From: Spirochaetia bacterium | GTDB taxonomy: Bacteria > Spirochaetota > Spirochaetia > CAKZLE01 | NCBI GenBank assembly: GCA_963677595.1 | Contig: OY782041.1 | Span: 2,016,001-2,080,000, forward strand | DNA length: 64,000 nt | Reading direction: 5' to 3' | In this document: positions 10,204 to 19,095 of the stretch, in pieces | How positions within the stretch are numbered: the first letter of the stretch is position 1 | Layout: every line of letters begins with the position of its first letter | Program-made: the position numbers and the translations under genes | Notes under the pieces: model-generated | Database searches by the model: none | The model's input: only the letters and a program-made list of their open reading frames with translations | Told to the model about the DNA's origin: nothing

Positions 10204-10908
10204 TTGATGAAAGCCGTAGTTAGAAGATCGATAATCGACCAGGTCCTGGAACAGATACAGCAGATGATCTCCTCGGAAGGGTATGAAGCAGGGATGAAGC
10301 TTCCCCCCGAGGTCGAGATGTGCAGGATCCTGGGAGTGAGCAGGTCTACGGTGAGAGAAGCCTTCAGGATGCTTCAGGCGATGGATTACGTGGAGATCAA
10401 GCAGGGCAGGGGTGCGTTCGTGAAGAACAAGCAGCCGAACAGCCCGGAGACGATCAAGCAATGGTTCGGGGAGAATGCCCCGCAGTTGAACGACTTCATG
10501 GATGTTCGCCTTGCCCTGGAGACCCTTGCCTTGAAGATAGCCGTCAAGCAGGCGACAGAGGAAGAGATCCTCAGGCTGTATGAGATCGAAAGGAGTTTTG
10601 AGCAGGCAGTCGAGGAACGGGATGTCATGTATATGGCGCAGTATGATGAAGACTTCCATAGTGAAATCGTGGCGATGACGCACAATACGCTGATGATCAA
10701 TATCTATCAGCTCGTCGTTCATGAATTCAAGAAGTACCGGAACAAGGCCTTCGCGTTGGAACGGTACGCGTCAAATGCGGTGGAACCGCATGGACATATC
10801 CTTCAGGCGATCAGGGACCGGGATGAGAGGCTCGGGGTACTGTATACCGAGGATCACCTGAAGATATCGAAACGGGATATGGAACTGGCTGCTCGGGAAG
10901 AGAAGTGA
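10204..10908 (+). CDS. GntR family, FadR subfamily regulator
   Basis: KLPPEVEMCRILGVSRSTVREA HTH plus FCD domain (D..FH, N, H); the start may be ATG 10207. Confidence 0.93.
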   Translation: MMKAVVRRSIIDQVLEQIQQMISSEGYEAGMKLPPEVEMCRILGVSRSTVREAFRMLQAMDYVEIKQGRGAFVKNKQPNSPETIKQWFGENAPQLNDFMDVRLALETLALKIAVKQATEEEILRLYEIERSFEQAVEERDVMYMAQYDEDFHSEIVAMTHNTLMINIYQLVVHEFKKYRNKAFALERYASNAVEPHGHILQAIRDRDERLGVLYTEDHLKISKRDMELAAREEK

Positions 10909-10921
10909 GTTTTTTATAGTA

Positions 10922-10943
10922 ATTTGTCTGATACCAGACAAAT
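10922..10943. promoter_or_regulatory. FadR-type palindromic operator
   Basis: ATTTGTCTG-ATAC-CAGACAAAT, perfect 9-bp arms. Confidence 0.7.
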
Positions 10944-11913
10944 CTGTCGTGTAGCGGCAGGTAACCCCCAATAACATCAATCATAAGGAGATATGAGATG
11001 TTCAATAAAGACACATACGGCAAGATCTTAGTCCCGGTAGTGACCCCCTTCAAAGAGAACGGGGACGTGGACTATGAAGGGATGGTGCAGATCGGCGAGA
11101 AGCTGCTTGAGAAGGGCTGGGCCGATTCATTCATCCTGACAGGGACCACCGGCGAGTTCCACACGATGACGAGCGAAGAGCGGATCAAGATCTTCCAGAC
11201 GATGTATGACGCATTCAAGGGACGGATCCCTATCATCGCAGGGACCGGAGCCCCCTCGACACGAGAGACGATCAAGCTGACGAAGGCAGCCGAGGAGATC
11301 GGGTACGAGACGGTGATGGTGGTAGCCCCCTACTACACAAGGCCGTCACAGGCAGAGATCAAGAACCACTACCAGCTCGTAGCGCGCGCAGTGAAGGTCG
11401 ATATCCTGATCTACAACATCCCGATCTTCACAGGGGTGAACACCTCACCTGAGATCGTGGCCGAGCTGGCGAAAGAGCCGAACATCGTGGGTCTGAAGGA
11501 AGAGGCTGAGCTGAATGCGAAGCAGATGACCGAGTTTATCAACGTGACACCGGATGATTTCATCATCTACAACGGAGATGACACGATGGTATTAGAGTCC
11601 TTCGTACAGGGATACGAGCGGATCGGCGGCGTGATCAGCGGCGGGGCGCACCTGGTAGGTGACCAGATCCGTGAGATGATCGACTGCCTGCATGAGGGGA
11701 AGGTGCAGGAAGCATCAGTGATCCAGCGACGGCTGCTGCCGTTGTACCGGATCATGGGACAGGGCGGGAGGACGAACCCGGTCTGTCTGATCAAGGATGC
11801 GATGAGGATGGTAGGCTATCCTGCAGGCTACCCGAGACTGCCGATGCTCCCCGGGACTGAGGAAGAGGTGAAGAACGTACGTGAGCTGATGATCAAGGTC
11901 GGCGCACTGAAGG
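10926..11913 (+). repeat. ~988-bp direct repeat, copy 1 (operator + leader + aldolase gene)
   Basis: Matches 22848..23835 at offset 11922; the only differences I noticed are three synonymous changes at 11591, 11592 and 11594. Confidence 0.92.
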
Positions 11914-11918
11914 CATAA
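10998..11918 (+). CDS. DHDPS/NAL family aldolase/lyase (copy 1)
   Basis: GTTGE, IYNIP, GLKEE; AAGGAG RBS. Confidence 0.92.
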   Translation: MFNKDTYGKILVPVVTPFKENGDVDYEGMVQIGEKLLEKGWADSFILTGTTGEFHTMTSEERIKIFQTMYDAFKGRIPIIAGTGAPSTRETIKLTKAAEEIGYETVMVVAPYYTRPSQAEIKNHYQLVARAVKVDILIYNIPIFTGVNTSPEIVAELAKEPNIVGLKEEAELNAKQMTEFINVTPDDFIIYNGDDTMVLESFVQGYERIGGVISGGAHLVGDQIREMIDCLHEGKVQEASVIQRRLLPLYRIMGQGGRTNPVCLIKDAMRMVGYPAGYPRLPMLPGTEEEVKNVRELMIKVGALKA

Positions 11919-12034
11919 GACGTCCCCCATCCAGCGATAGGGGCTATTAGGCCGGGCAGAAAAGAGAAACCCTCCTGCCCGGACCCATGAATAGGAAACG
12001 ACAGCAGATGGCTGTTGTCCGAATGAGGAAGATA

Positions 12035-12916
12035 ATGAAAGATACGCTGAGAGGGCTGATCACACCGATCGTCACCCCTTTTACGGAACAAGGTGATATC
12101 GACGAAGCCCTGTTCATCAAGGAAGTCGAGTACCTGATCGCTGCAGGTGTACATGGCCTGAGTCCCGGCGGGAGTACCGGTGAGGGAGCCTTCCTGACCG
12201 CCGCAGAGATAGCACGGCTGGTGGAATTGACGAAGGAGCTTAATACGAAAGGCCTGCCGATCGTGGCCGGAGTGATCAAGAATTCCACAAGGGATGCCGT
12301 TGAGTCGGGACTGGCCGCAAAAGCAGCCGGTGCCGATGCCCTGATGGTCACCCCTGCCTCCTATAACATCCTGGTACCGGATGACGACGGGAACTATGAT
12401 TTCTATAAGCAGATCTCCGATGCCGTGGACCTGCCTATCGTGATCTACAATGTCGTGCCCCAGAACGAGATCTCTACCGACCTGTTCATCAGGCTCTCGG
12501 AGATCAAGAACGTCGTCGGCATCAAGCAGAGTGTGGGAACGGTGAAGTCCCTCTATGACAAGATCCTGTTCTCCGATTCGTCCATGCTCACCTACGGGGC
12601 ACAGGATGACATGCTGTTCACCTGTTTCGAATTAGGTGCTGATGGTGCGATAGCGGCAATCCTGACCCTGTTCCCTGAGATCTGTGTCCAGATGTGGGAC
12701 TGCGCTCAGAGCGGTGACCACAAGACCGGACTCGAGCTGCAGAACAGGATCTACCCGGTATGGCAGAAGATCATCGGGCCGCATTTCCCGAGAAGGATCA
12801 AGATCGCCCTTGCCCAGCTGGGCAGGAATCCCGGGCTGACACGCAGCCCGATCACCAAGGCTACGCCTAAAGAGATTGAGGAGATCTCCAAGGCGATGGA
12901 TGCCTTCAACGCTTAG
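12035..12916 (+). CDS. DHDPS/NAL family aldolase/lyase
   Basis: GSTGE, IYNV, GIKQS; start chosen after the GAGG RBS. Confidence 0.9.
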   Translation: MKDTLRGLITPIVTPFTEQGDIDEALFIKEVEYLIAAGVHGLSPGGSTGEGAFLTAAEIARLVELTKELNTKGLPIVAGVIKNSTRDAVESGLAAKAAGADALMVTPASYNILVPDDDGNYDFYKQISDAVDLPIVIYNVVPQNEISTDLFIRLSEIKNVVGIKQSVGTVKSLYDKILFSDSSMLTYGAQDDMLFTCFELGADGAIAAILTLFPEICVQMWDCAQSGDHKTGLELQNRIYPVWQKIIGPHFPRRIKIALAQLGRNPGLTRSPITKATPKEIEEISKAMDAFNA

Positions 12917-12978
12917 GTTTCTAACAGATTGTAATCTGTGTATAGTTTTTGTCTTTAAACGATTTAGGAGGTCGAAGA

Positions 12979-14199
12979 ATGAAGAAACGAATCACAAGTG
13001 TAGTTGTGCTGGTACTGTTGCTGGCAGCACTCGTCCAAGTGTCCGCAGCGGATCCTATTGTCATCAAGATGGCATTCACTGACTCTGCCATGACAACGAT
13101 CGGTGATAACAAACTGCCGCACCCATCTTACGCTGCCATGCTGGCGTTCCAGAACTCAGTACAGAAAGCTTCTGGTGGTAAGATCGTAGCTGAACTCTAC
13201 CCTGGTGGTGTCCTTGGGGATGCCAACTCGAATATGGAGCAGATCCTGACTGGGCAGCTCCAGTGCGCTACCCCGGCTGACGGTGCTGTAGCTCCGTTCT
13301 ATGAGAACATCCAGGCGTTCGCTATCCCCTATCTCTTCAAAGATGCATCCCAGGCTTATGACCTGCTCGACAGTGATGTAGCTACTGAGATCTTCGAGGA
13401 TATGGCAGCAACCAGCGGATTCCGTATCCTTGCAGCGTATGATAACGGCGGTTTCAGGAACTTCAGTAACAGTAAGCGTGTGGTCAAGTCTGCCGCTGAT
13501 ATGGAAGGACTCAAGATCCGGACCATGGATATCACAGCACATATGGAGATGGTCAAGACTCTTGGCGCGGCTCCTACCCCAATCGCATTCCTCGAGCTCT
13601 ACAGTGCACTCCAGACTGGCGTCGTGGACGGGCAGGAGAACTCCGCAATCACCACGCTCTCAGCATCACTGCAGGAAGTCCAGGACTACTATACCCTTGA
13701 TGGCCACATGCTTGGGATCGCGTACCTGGTCATCGGGGAGGAATTCTTCCAGGGCCTTACTCCTGAACTGCAGGAGAGTGTACTTCGGGCTGGTAACGAG
13801 GCTGAGATTGCTGCACGAGGGGCAGTCAGGGCGTATGAGTCCCTGGCATTGGCAGCCCTTGCTGAAGGCGGGATGAATATCTACTCACCGACAGCTGCAG
13901 AGATGGAGACCTTCAAGGTCAGCCAGGCACCAGTCATCAAGTACCTGAAAGAGAACATCAATCCTGATTATGTAGATGCAGTCCTTGGCTATGTCGAGAA
14001 CTATGACAACAGGGACGCGGTAGCTGCAGCTGCACCAGCTGCGACAGTCGCCGCAACGACCACTGCCCCTGCTGCAGCCCCTGCTGCACAGGCAGTTGCA
14101 CCGGAGAAGAGCAGCAATACCCTGACGATCATCCTGATCGCGGTGATTGCACTCCTCGTGGCATACATTGTCTACAAGTCAGTGAAGAAGAAAAGCTGA
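12979..14199 (+). CDS. dctP: TRAP substrate-binding protein with C-terminal Ala/Pro/Thr linker and membrane anchor
   Basis: Signal peptide MKKR..VSA, GFRNF, GLKIRT, ELYSALQTGVVDGQEN; AGGAGG RBS. Confidence 0.93.
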   Translation: MKKRITSVVVLVLLLAALVQVSAADPIVIKMAFTDSAMTTIGDNKLPHPSYAAMLAFQNSVQKASGGKIVAELYPGGVLGDANSNMEQILTGQLQCATPADGAVAPFYENIQAFAIPYLFKDASQAYDLLDSDVATEIFEDMAATSGFRILAAYDNGGFRNFSNSKRVVKSAADMEGLKIRTMDITAHMEMVKTLGAAPTPIAFLELYSALQTGVVDGQENSAITTLSASLQEVQDYYTLDGHMLGIAYLVIGEEFFQGLTPELQESVLRAGNEAEIAARGAVRAYESLALAALAEGGMNIYSPTAAEMETFKVSQAPVIKYLKENINPDYVDAVLGYVENYDNRDAVAAAAPAATVAATTTAPAAAPAAQAVAPEKSSNTLTIILIAVIALLVAYIVYKSVKKKS

Positions 14200-14216
14200 T
14201 CATTGAACTGAAATGA

Positions 14217-14243
14217 GAAGGACCGGATTGTATCCGGTCCTTC
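14217..14243 (+). terminator. Stem-loop after dctP (terminator or mRNA stabiliser)
   Basis: GAAGGACCGGAT-TGT-ATCCGGTCCTTC, 12-bp stem; no clear T tail. Confidence 0.55.
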
Positions 14244-14494
14244 ATCTCGGTGTACCTGGCGAAACTGGCAAGCCTTGTTCTTGAGGGAGTTCTCCCCATA
14301 CTGCATGTCAGAATGGCTTCCAGGTACAATGAAACGTGTGTTTTCAGGAAGAATTGATTAAAAAGTAATTGCTGGAAGAAGCAGTGTGTTTTTCCCTGTC
14401 CTGCTGATTCTGATATAGAATAGGGAAGCAGGGCAGCGGGGGTATGGTGAATGCCTCTGCATGAGAAAAAAGTCCGGGATTCGGAGGTTGTGTT

Positions 14495-14992
14495 GTGAAC
14501 GAGATTATAGAAGATTATTATTCCTTGACAGGTCTGTTGGATAAACTCTTTAAACATATATCTATTCTGCTCATGGGGGTGATGACGCTGACAGTACTGC
14601 TGCAGATCCTGTTCCGGTATATCATGAAAGCCCCATTGATCTGGACTGAGGAGCTCTCGAGGTACCTGATGATCTGGATGGCGTTCATCGCCGCATCCTC
14701 GATCATCCGTAATTGGGAATCCATCAGTGTTGACTTGTTCGTCGGCAAGCTGAGTCCGAACGTGCAGTTCTATATCAAGCTATTCAATAAGATCGTGGTG
14801 TTCGCTTTCTGCCTGCTAATCTTCATCATCAGCCTCAGGATCTATCCGAAGGTAAGTGCCAGCCAGAAAGCCCCTGCGCTGAGGATCAACATGCTGATCC
14901 CGCAATCGGGTGTGATCATCGGGATGCTGCTGATGACTCTGCAGACTATCTCCGCGATTATCCTTGATTTCAAGAGAAGGTACCAGAAATGA
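14495..14992 (+). CDS. dctQ: TRAP transporter small permease
   Basis: QILFRY..WTEELSRYLMIW; four TM segments; GGAGG RBS with GTG start. Confidence 0.92.
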   Translation: MNEIIEDYYSLTGLLDKLFKHISILLMGVMTLTVLLQILFRYIMKAPLIWTEELSRYLMIWMAFIAASSIIRNWESISVDLFVGKLSPNVQFYIKLFNKIVVFAFCLLIFIISLRIYPKVSASQKAPALRINMLIPQSGVIIGMLLMTLQTISAIILDFKRRYQK

Positions 14993-16278
14993 TTGAGTTC
15001 GTTGTAGCGTTCGTTTTACTTATCGTGTTGCTGTTTATTGAGATACCTATTGCTTTCTCGATCGGGATGGCATCTCTCGTCTATATGGTGATAACCGACG
15101 CAGGAAATATCCTTGTTGCACCGTTGAGGATCTTTGCCGGGCTGAACTCGTTCATCCTCATGGCTATCCCACTGTTCATCTTCGCTGCGGAGATCATGAT
15201 CCGTTCGAAGATATCAAAGAAGATGTTCACCTTCATATCGCTATCGATCGGTCGGTTCCAGGGAGGCCTGGCATATGTGAATGTCCTGGCCAGTACGGTA
15301 TTCGGGAGTATTGCCGGTGCGGCCCTCTCTGATATCGCGGGACTGGGGAAGATCGAGATCGACGCGATGAAGGAGGACGGGTATGAGCCGAACTTCGCCT
15401 GTGCCATAACCGCGGCATCGGCGATCCAAAGCCCGATCATCCCGCCAAGCAACATCGCGATCCTGTACGGCGGGGTCATGAGTCTCTCGGTCGGAGCCCT
15501 CTTCATAGCTGGGGTCATCCCCGGCTTGCTGCTTGCCCTGGGACAGTTCGCCTATATCAAGGTCATGTCAAAGAAGATAAACCTCCCGCGACATACTGAG
15601 GTGTTCACGAAGAAGGAGCGACTGCAGATCATCCGTGACGGGCTGATCGCCATGCTGATGCCGGTCATCATCCTTGGGGGGATCCTCGGCGGGCTGGTCA
15701 CACCGACGGAGTCTGCCGCTGTCGCGGTACTCTATGCCTTGGTCGTCTCACATTTCGTCTTTCATAACCTGACGTTCAAAGATATCAAGGAGAGCATGTG
15801 GGTATCGGCGAAGATCTCGGCTAATCTCTTCCTGATCATCTCATTCTCGACGATCTTCGCTTGGGCTCTAGGTATGCAGAAGGTCCCAGACCAGATAGCC
15901 GCCCTCATGCTGAGGATCAGCGAGAATCCGTACATCCTCCTGCTGATCGTGAATGTGTTCCTGATCATCGTCGGTATGTGGATGGAGACAGGAGCGGCAG
16001 TACTGCTGTTTGCCCCGATCCTGGCACCGGTCATGTACAAGGTGGGGATACACCCCATCCATTTTGCCATGGTGATGCTCATCAACCTGACCGTAGGGCT
16101 GATCACCCCGCCGGTCGGGGTCGTGCTCTATGCCACCACCTCGGTCGGGAATGTCAAGTTCGAGGATCTGGTACGGAAGATCCTGCCGCTGGTGCTGCTT
16201 GGGATGCTAGTGGTACTGCTGGTGACGTTCTTCCCTGAATTGACCTTGTTCCTGCCGAGACTGGCAGGGCTGGTGTGA
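14989..16278 (+). CDS. dctM: TRAP transporter large permease
   Basis: AIPLF, GGLAYVNV, IIPPS, TPTESA, GLITPPVG. Confidence 0.94.
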   Translation: MIEFVVAFVLLIVLLFIEIPIAFSIGMASLVYMVITDAGNILVAPLRIFAGLNSFILMAIPLFIFAAEIMIRSKISKKMFTFISLSIGRFQGGLAYVNVLASTVFGSIAGAALSDIAGLGKIEIDAMKEDGYEPNFACAITAASAIQSPIIPPSNIAILYGGVMSLSVGALFIAGVIPGLLLALGQFAYIKVMSKKINLPRHTEVFTKKERLQIIRDGLIAMLMPVIILGGILGGLVTPTESAAVAVLYALVVSHFVFHNLTFKDIKESMWVSAKISANLFLIISFSTIFAWALGMQKVPDQIAALMLRISENPYILLLIVNVFLIIVGMWMETGAAVLLFAPILAPVMYKVGIHPIHFAMVMLINLTVGLITPPVGVVLYATTSVGNVKFEDLVRKILPLVLLGMLVVLLVTFFPELTLFLPRLAGLV

Positions 16279-16318
16279 TACAGTGAGAGCAGAAATCATA
16301 TGGTGTAAAGTGTAGGAG

Positions 16319-17605
16319 ATGAGAATGAAGATTAATGCATATTCCGGTTCCATGAGAGAATCGCTTGAGATAGAGGACAGCCTGGTCATTGGCTATGCCG
16401 TGCAGGATGATTCTACGGCTCATGAGCCATTTACCCTCGAGATGATCGAGCAGGCTATCGACCGTCCGGTGGGAAAGGAGAGGATCGAGGAGTCTGTCGG
16501 TCCGGATACCTCGGTTGCGATCATCGTTGATGACGCAACCAGGCCGACCCCTACCAGTGCTATCCTGCCGATCGTCCTGAAGAAGCTCTACCGTGCTGGG
16601 GTCACGAAAGAGCATATCTGCATCACGATCGGTACCGGTCTGCACAGGGACACGACAGTCGAAGAGAAGAAGAAGATCCTCGGAGAAGCCATATACGAGG
16701 AATTCGATGTGATCGACAATGCCGGGCGGGACAATACCCAGTTCACCTATGTCGGTACGAATTCCTACGGGCTGGACATCAATATCAACAACAGGGTCGC
16801 TGATGCGGATTATGTCATCACCATCGGCATGGTAAAATCCCACGCGTTCGCCGGGTTCACCGGCGGGGCGAAGAGTATCCTGCCGGCGGTATCGAACCAG
16901 AGTACCGTCCATGGGAACCACTGCTTTGACAATATCGAGTACCCGCAGGGGATCCTGGGTTCCTGTGACCGGAGTGTCGCCAGGCTGGGGATGGAAGAGG
17001 CTGCCAGGTTCGTCGATCCCTACATTATCAATGTCGTCCTTGATAAGCAGGGCAATGTGGTACATCTCTCTGCAGGTGATGTGGTCTTTGCCCATCGGAA
17101 GGCTGTGGCCTTCTATATGGGGGACTCCGAGAAGCTCCTTGATACCACAGCAGATATTGCCATCATCTACGGCGGACTTGCAGGGAGTATCAACCTGTAC
17201 CAGGGGTTGTTCGGTTGTAATGTTGTCAAGACGACTGAGCGACCGATCCTGCAGAAAGGCGGGACCGCGATCATCTACGCTGAATGTGCCCAGGGACTGG
17301 GGACCCATCTCTTCGAGGAGATGATGCCGAAGTTCGACACTCCTGCAGAGGTCCTGGCACATTTGAAATCACATCCAGTCATAGATGACCAGTGGGCTGT
17401 GCAGTTCCTCTGCTCGTTTCTTGAGGACTTGGATATCTACCTGGTATCTTCCACGATCTCCGATGAGACTGCAGAGGTCCTGCGGATCAAACCGTTCAAG
17501 ACACTGGAAGAGGCTCTCAAGCAGGCAACGGCAAAGTATGAAAAACCGAAAGTAGCAATCATCGAGAATCCCGACGGGTTGATCGTCAACCTCAGGGAAG
17601 CTTGA
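16319..17605 (+). CDS. larA: Nickel-pincer (LarA superfamily) racemase/epimerase, paralog of 216..1493
   Basis: DDATRPTP, GTGLHR, HAFAGFTGGAKSILP, GNH, DQW. Confidence 0.88.
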   Translation: MRMKINAYSGSMRESLEIEDSLVIGYAVQDDSTAHEPFTLEMIEQAIDRPVGKERIEESVGPDTSVAIIVDDATRPTPTSAILPIVLKKLYRAGVTKEHICITIGTGLHRDTTVEEKKKILGEAIYEEFDVIDNAGRDNTQFTYVGTNSYGLDININNRVADADYVITIGMVKSHAFAGFTGGAKSILPAVSNQSTVHGNHCFDNIEYPQGILGSCDRSVARLGMEEAARFVDPYIINVVLDKQGNVVHLSAGDVVFAHRKAVAFYMGDSEKLLDTTADIAIIYGGLAGSINLYQGLFGCNVVKTTERPILQKGGTAIIYAECAQGLGTHLFEEMMPKFDTPAEVLAHLKSHPVIDDQWAVQFLCSFLEDLDIYLVSSTISDETAEVLRIKPFKTLEEALKQATAKYEKPKVAIIENPDGLIVNLREA

Positions 17606-17640
17606 AGATCTCTACGATAACCAGAAACAAGCAACTGAAT

Positions 17641-17677
17641 TACCTGTCCCTGCCCATCGGGGCGGCAGGGACAGGTA
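17641..17677 (+). terminator. Strong intergenic stem-loop
   Basis: TACCTGTCCCTGCC ... GGCAGGGACAGGTA, 14-bp stem. Confidence 0.6.
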
Positions 17678-17743
17678 TCCTTGCTTTCACAGCCCCTGAG
17701 CCTGGATGCATGTGTTGTCTTGCTGGATCCTGGAGGCAGTGAT

Positions 17744-19045
17744 ATGAATCAGAACGGAAGTAAGAACGCACGAAGAGATGGCATGGTCGCAGCGATCCTG
17801 GAGAAGACCGAGCTCCCGAGGATGTGCCGTGTCAGGCAGTCCTTTGACGATACCCATATAGCACAGCTTGAGGATGAGGTGCGAATCCAGCTCAAGCGCC
17901 CCGGGACGTTGGATAGGGTCATGCCTGGGCAGTCCATTGCCGTCACTGCGGGCAGCAGGGGCGTCGCTGACATCGCACGCATCCTGAGGACGGTAGTCGA
18001 TGAGATCCGGCGTGTCGGGGGACACCCCTTCGTGATACCTGCCATGGGAAGCCATGGCGGGGCTGTTGCGACTGGGCAGCTGGGGATCCTGCGCGGGTAT
18101 GGTATCACGGAAGAGTCTATGGGATGCCCAATCAGGGCAACTATGGATACAGTCCAGATTGGGACGGCAGGGAATGGTATGCCGGTGCGGATCGACGCGA
18201 ATGCTGCCGAGGCCGACGGGATCGTCGTTATCGGTAGAATTGCAAGCCATACATCTTTTCACGGCAGCCATGAGAGCGGGCTGATGAAGATGGTCACGAT
18301 CGGCCTGGGGAAACAGTACGGTGCGGAGATCTGCCATGAACAGGGTTTCGGGAAGATGGAGCGAAACATCGTCTCGATAGCACGGGAGACGATCGCTTCG
18401 GGACGGATCCTGTTCGGACTTGGGATCATTGAGAACGCCTATAACCAGACAAAGCAGCTTGCCTCAGTTCCCGCGGAGCTGATCGAGGCAGAGGAGCCGG
18501 GACTGCTGAAGGAAGCGAAATCCTGCAAGGCGTCGCTTCTTGTCAAGGATATCGACGTACTGGTCGTGGACGAGGCAGGGAAGAATATCAGCGGGGAGGG
18601 GATGGACCCCAATGTCACCGGACGATGGAGTACCCCATTCGCTTCAGGTGGACCTGAGATCCAGCGGATCGCCCTCCTGGATCTGACCGATGGATCCCAT
18701 GGGAATGCCGGCGGGTTCGGGATGGCCGATTTCTCCACACAGCGGGCATTCGACAAGATGGACTTTGACCAGACGTATCCCAACATCCTCACCCCGACCG
18801 TGATCAGGCCGGGCATGATCCCGATCATCATGGCTAATGATGAGCTTGCGATCAAGGCTGCCATCCAGACATGCAATGGGATCGATAAGGAGAACCCGCG
18901 GGTCATACGTATCAGGAATACCAAGAAGCTCAATGAGATCCTGGTGTCGGAAGCGCTTGTGGAAGAAGTCCTGGGGACTCCCGGCATGGAGATGCTGGGA
19001 GACCCTGCATATATGCAGTTTGACGGGGATGGGAACCTGGTGTAA
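17744..19045 (+). CDS. Divergent LarA-like (DUF2088 / lactate racemase N-terminal domain) protein
   Basis: TAGSRG, PAMGSHGG, HT.F.G..ESGLMKM..IGLGK, GKNISG.GMDPNV.GR. Confidence 0.8.
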   Translation: MNQNGSKNARRDGMVAAILEKTELPRMCRVRQSFDDTHIAQLEDEVRIQLKRPGTLDRVMPGQSIAVTAGSRGVADIARILRTVVDEIRRVGGHPFVIPAMGSHGGAVATGQLGILRGYGITEESMGCPIRATMDTVQIGTAGNGMPVRIDANAAEADGIVVIGRIASHTSFHGSHESGLMKMVTIGLGKQYGAEICHEQGFGKMERNIVSIARETIASGRILFGLGIIENAYNQTKQLASVPAELIEAEEPGLLKEAKSCKASLLVKDIDVLVVDEAGKNISGEGMDPNVTGRWSTPFASGGPEIQRIALLDLTDGSHGNAGGFGMADFSTQRAFDKMDFDQTYPNILTPTVIRPGMIPIIMANDELAIKAAIQTCNGIDKENPRVIRIRNTKKLNEILVSEALVEEVLGTPGMEMLGDPAYMQFDGDGNLV

Positions 19046-19095
19046 GGGTTACTGGTCCATGCATGATATGGCTTATATGATATGAGAGGTGTACG

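Noticed and set aside
10998-11918. dapA (lysine biosynthesis) call for the DHDPS-like genes
   Set aside because: Catabolic context, many divergent paralogs, and no dapB or asd nearby
14244-14494. Possible riboswitch or ncRNA in the long dctP-dctQ gap
   Set aside because: No recognisable RNA family motif or convincing structure beyond the upstream hairpin; an Rfam scan would be needed
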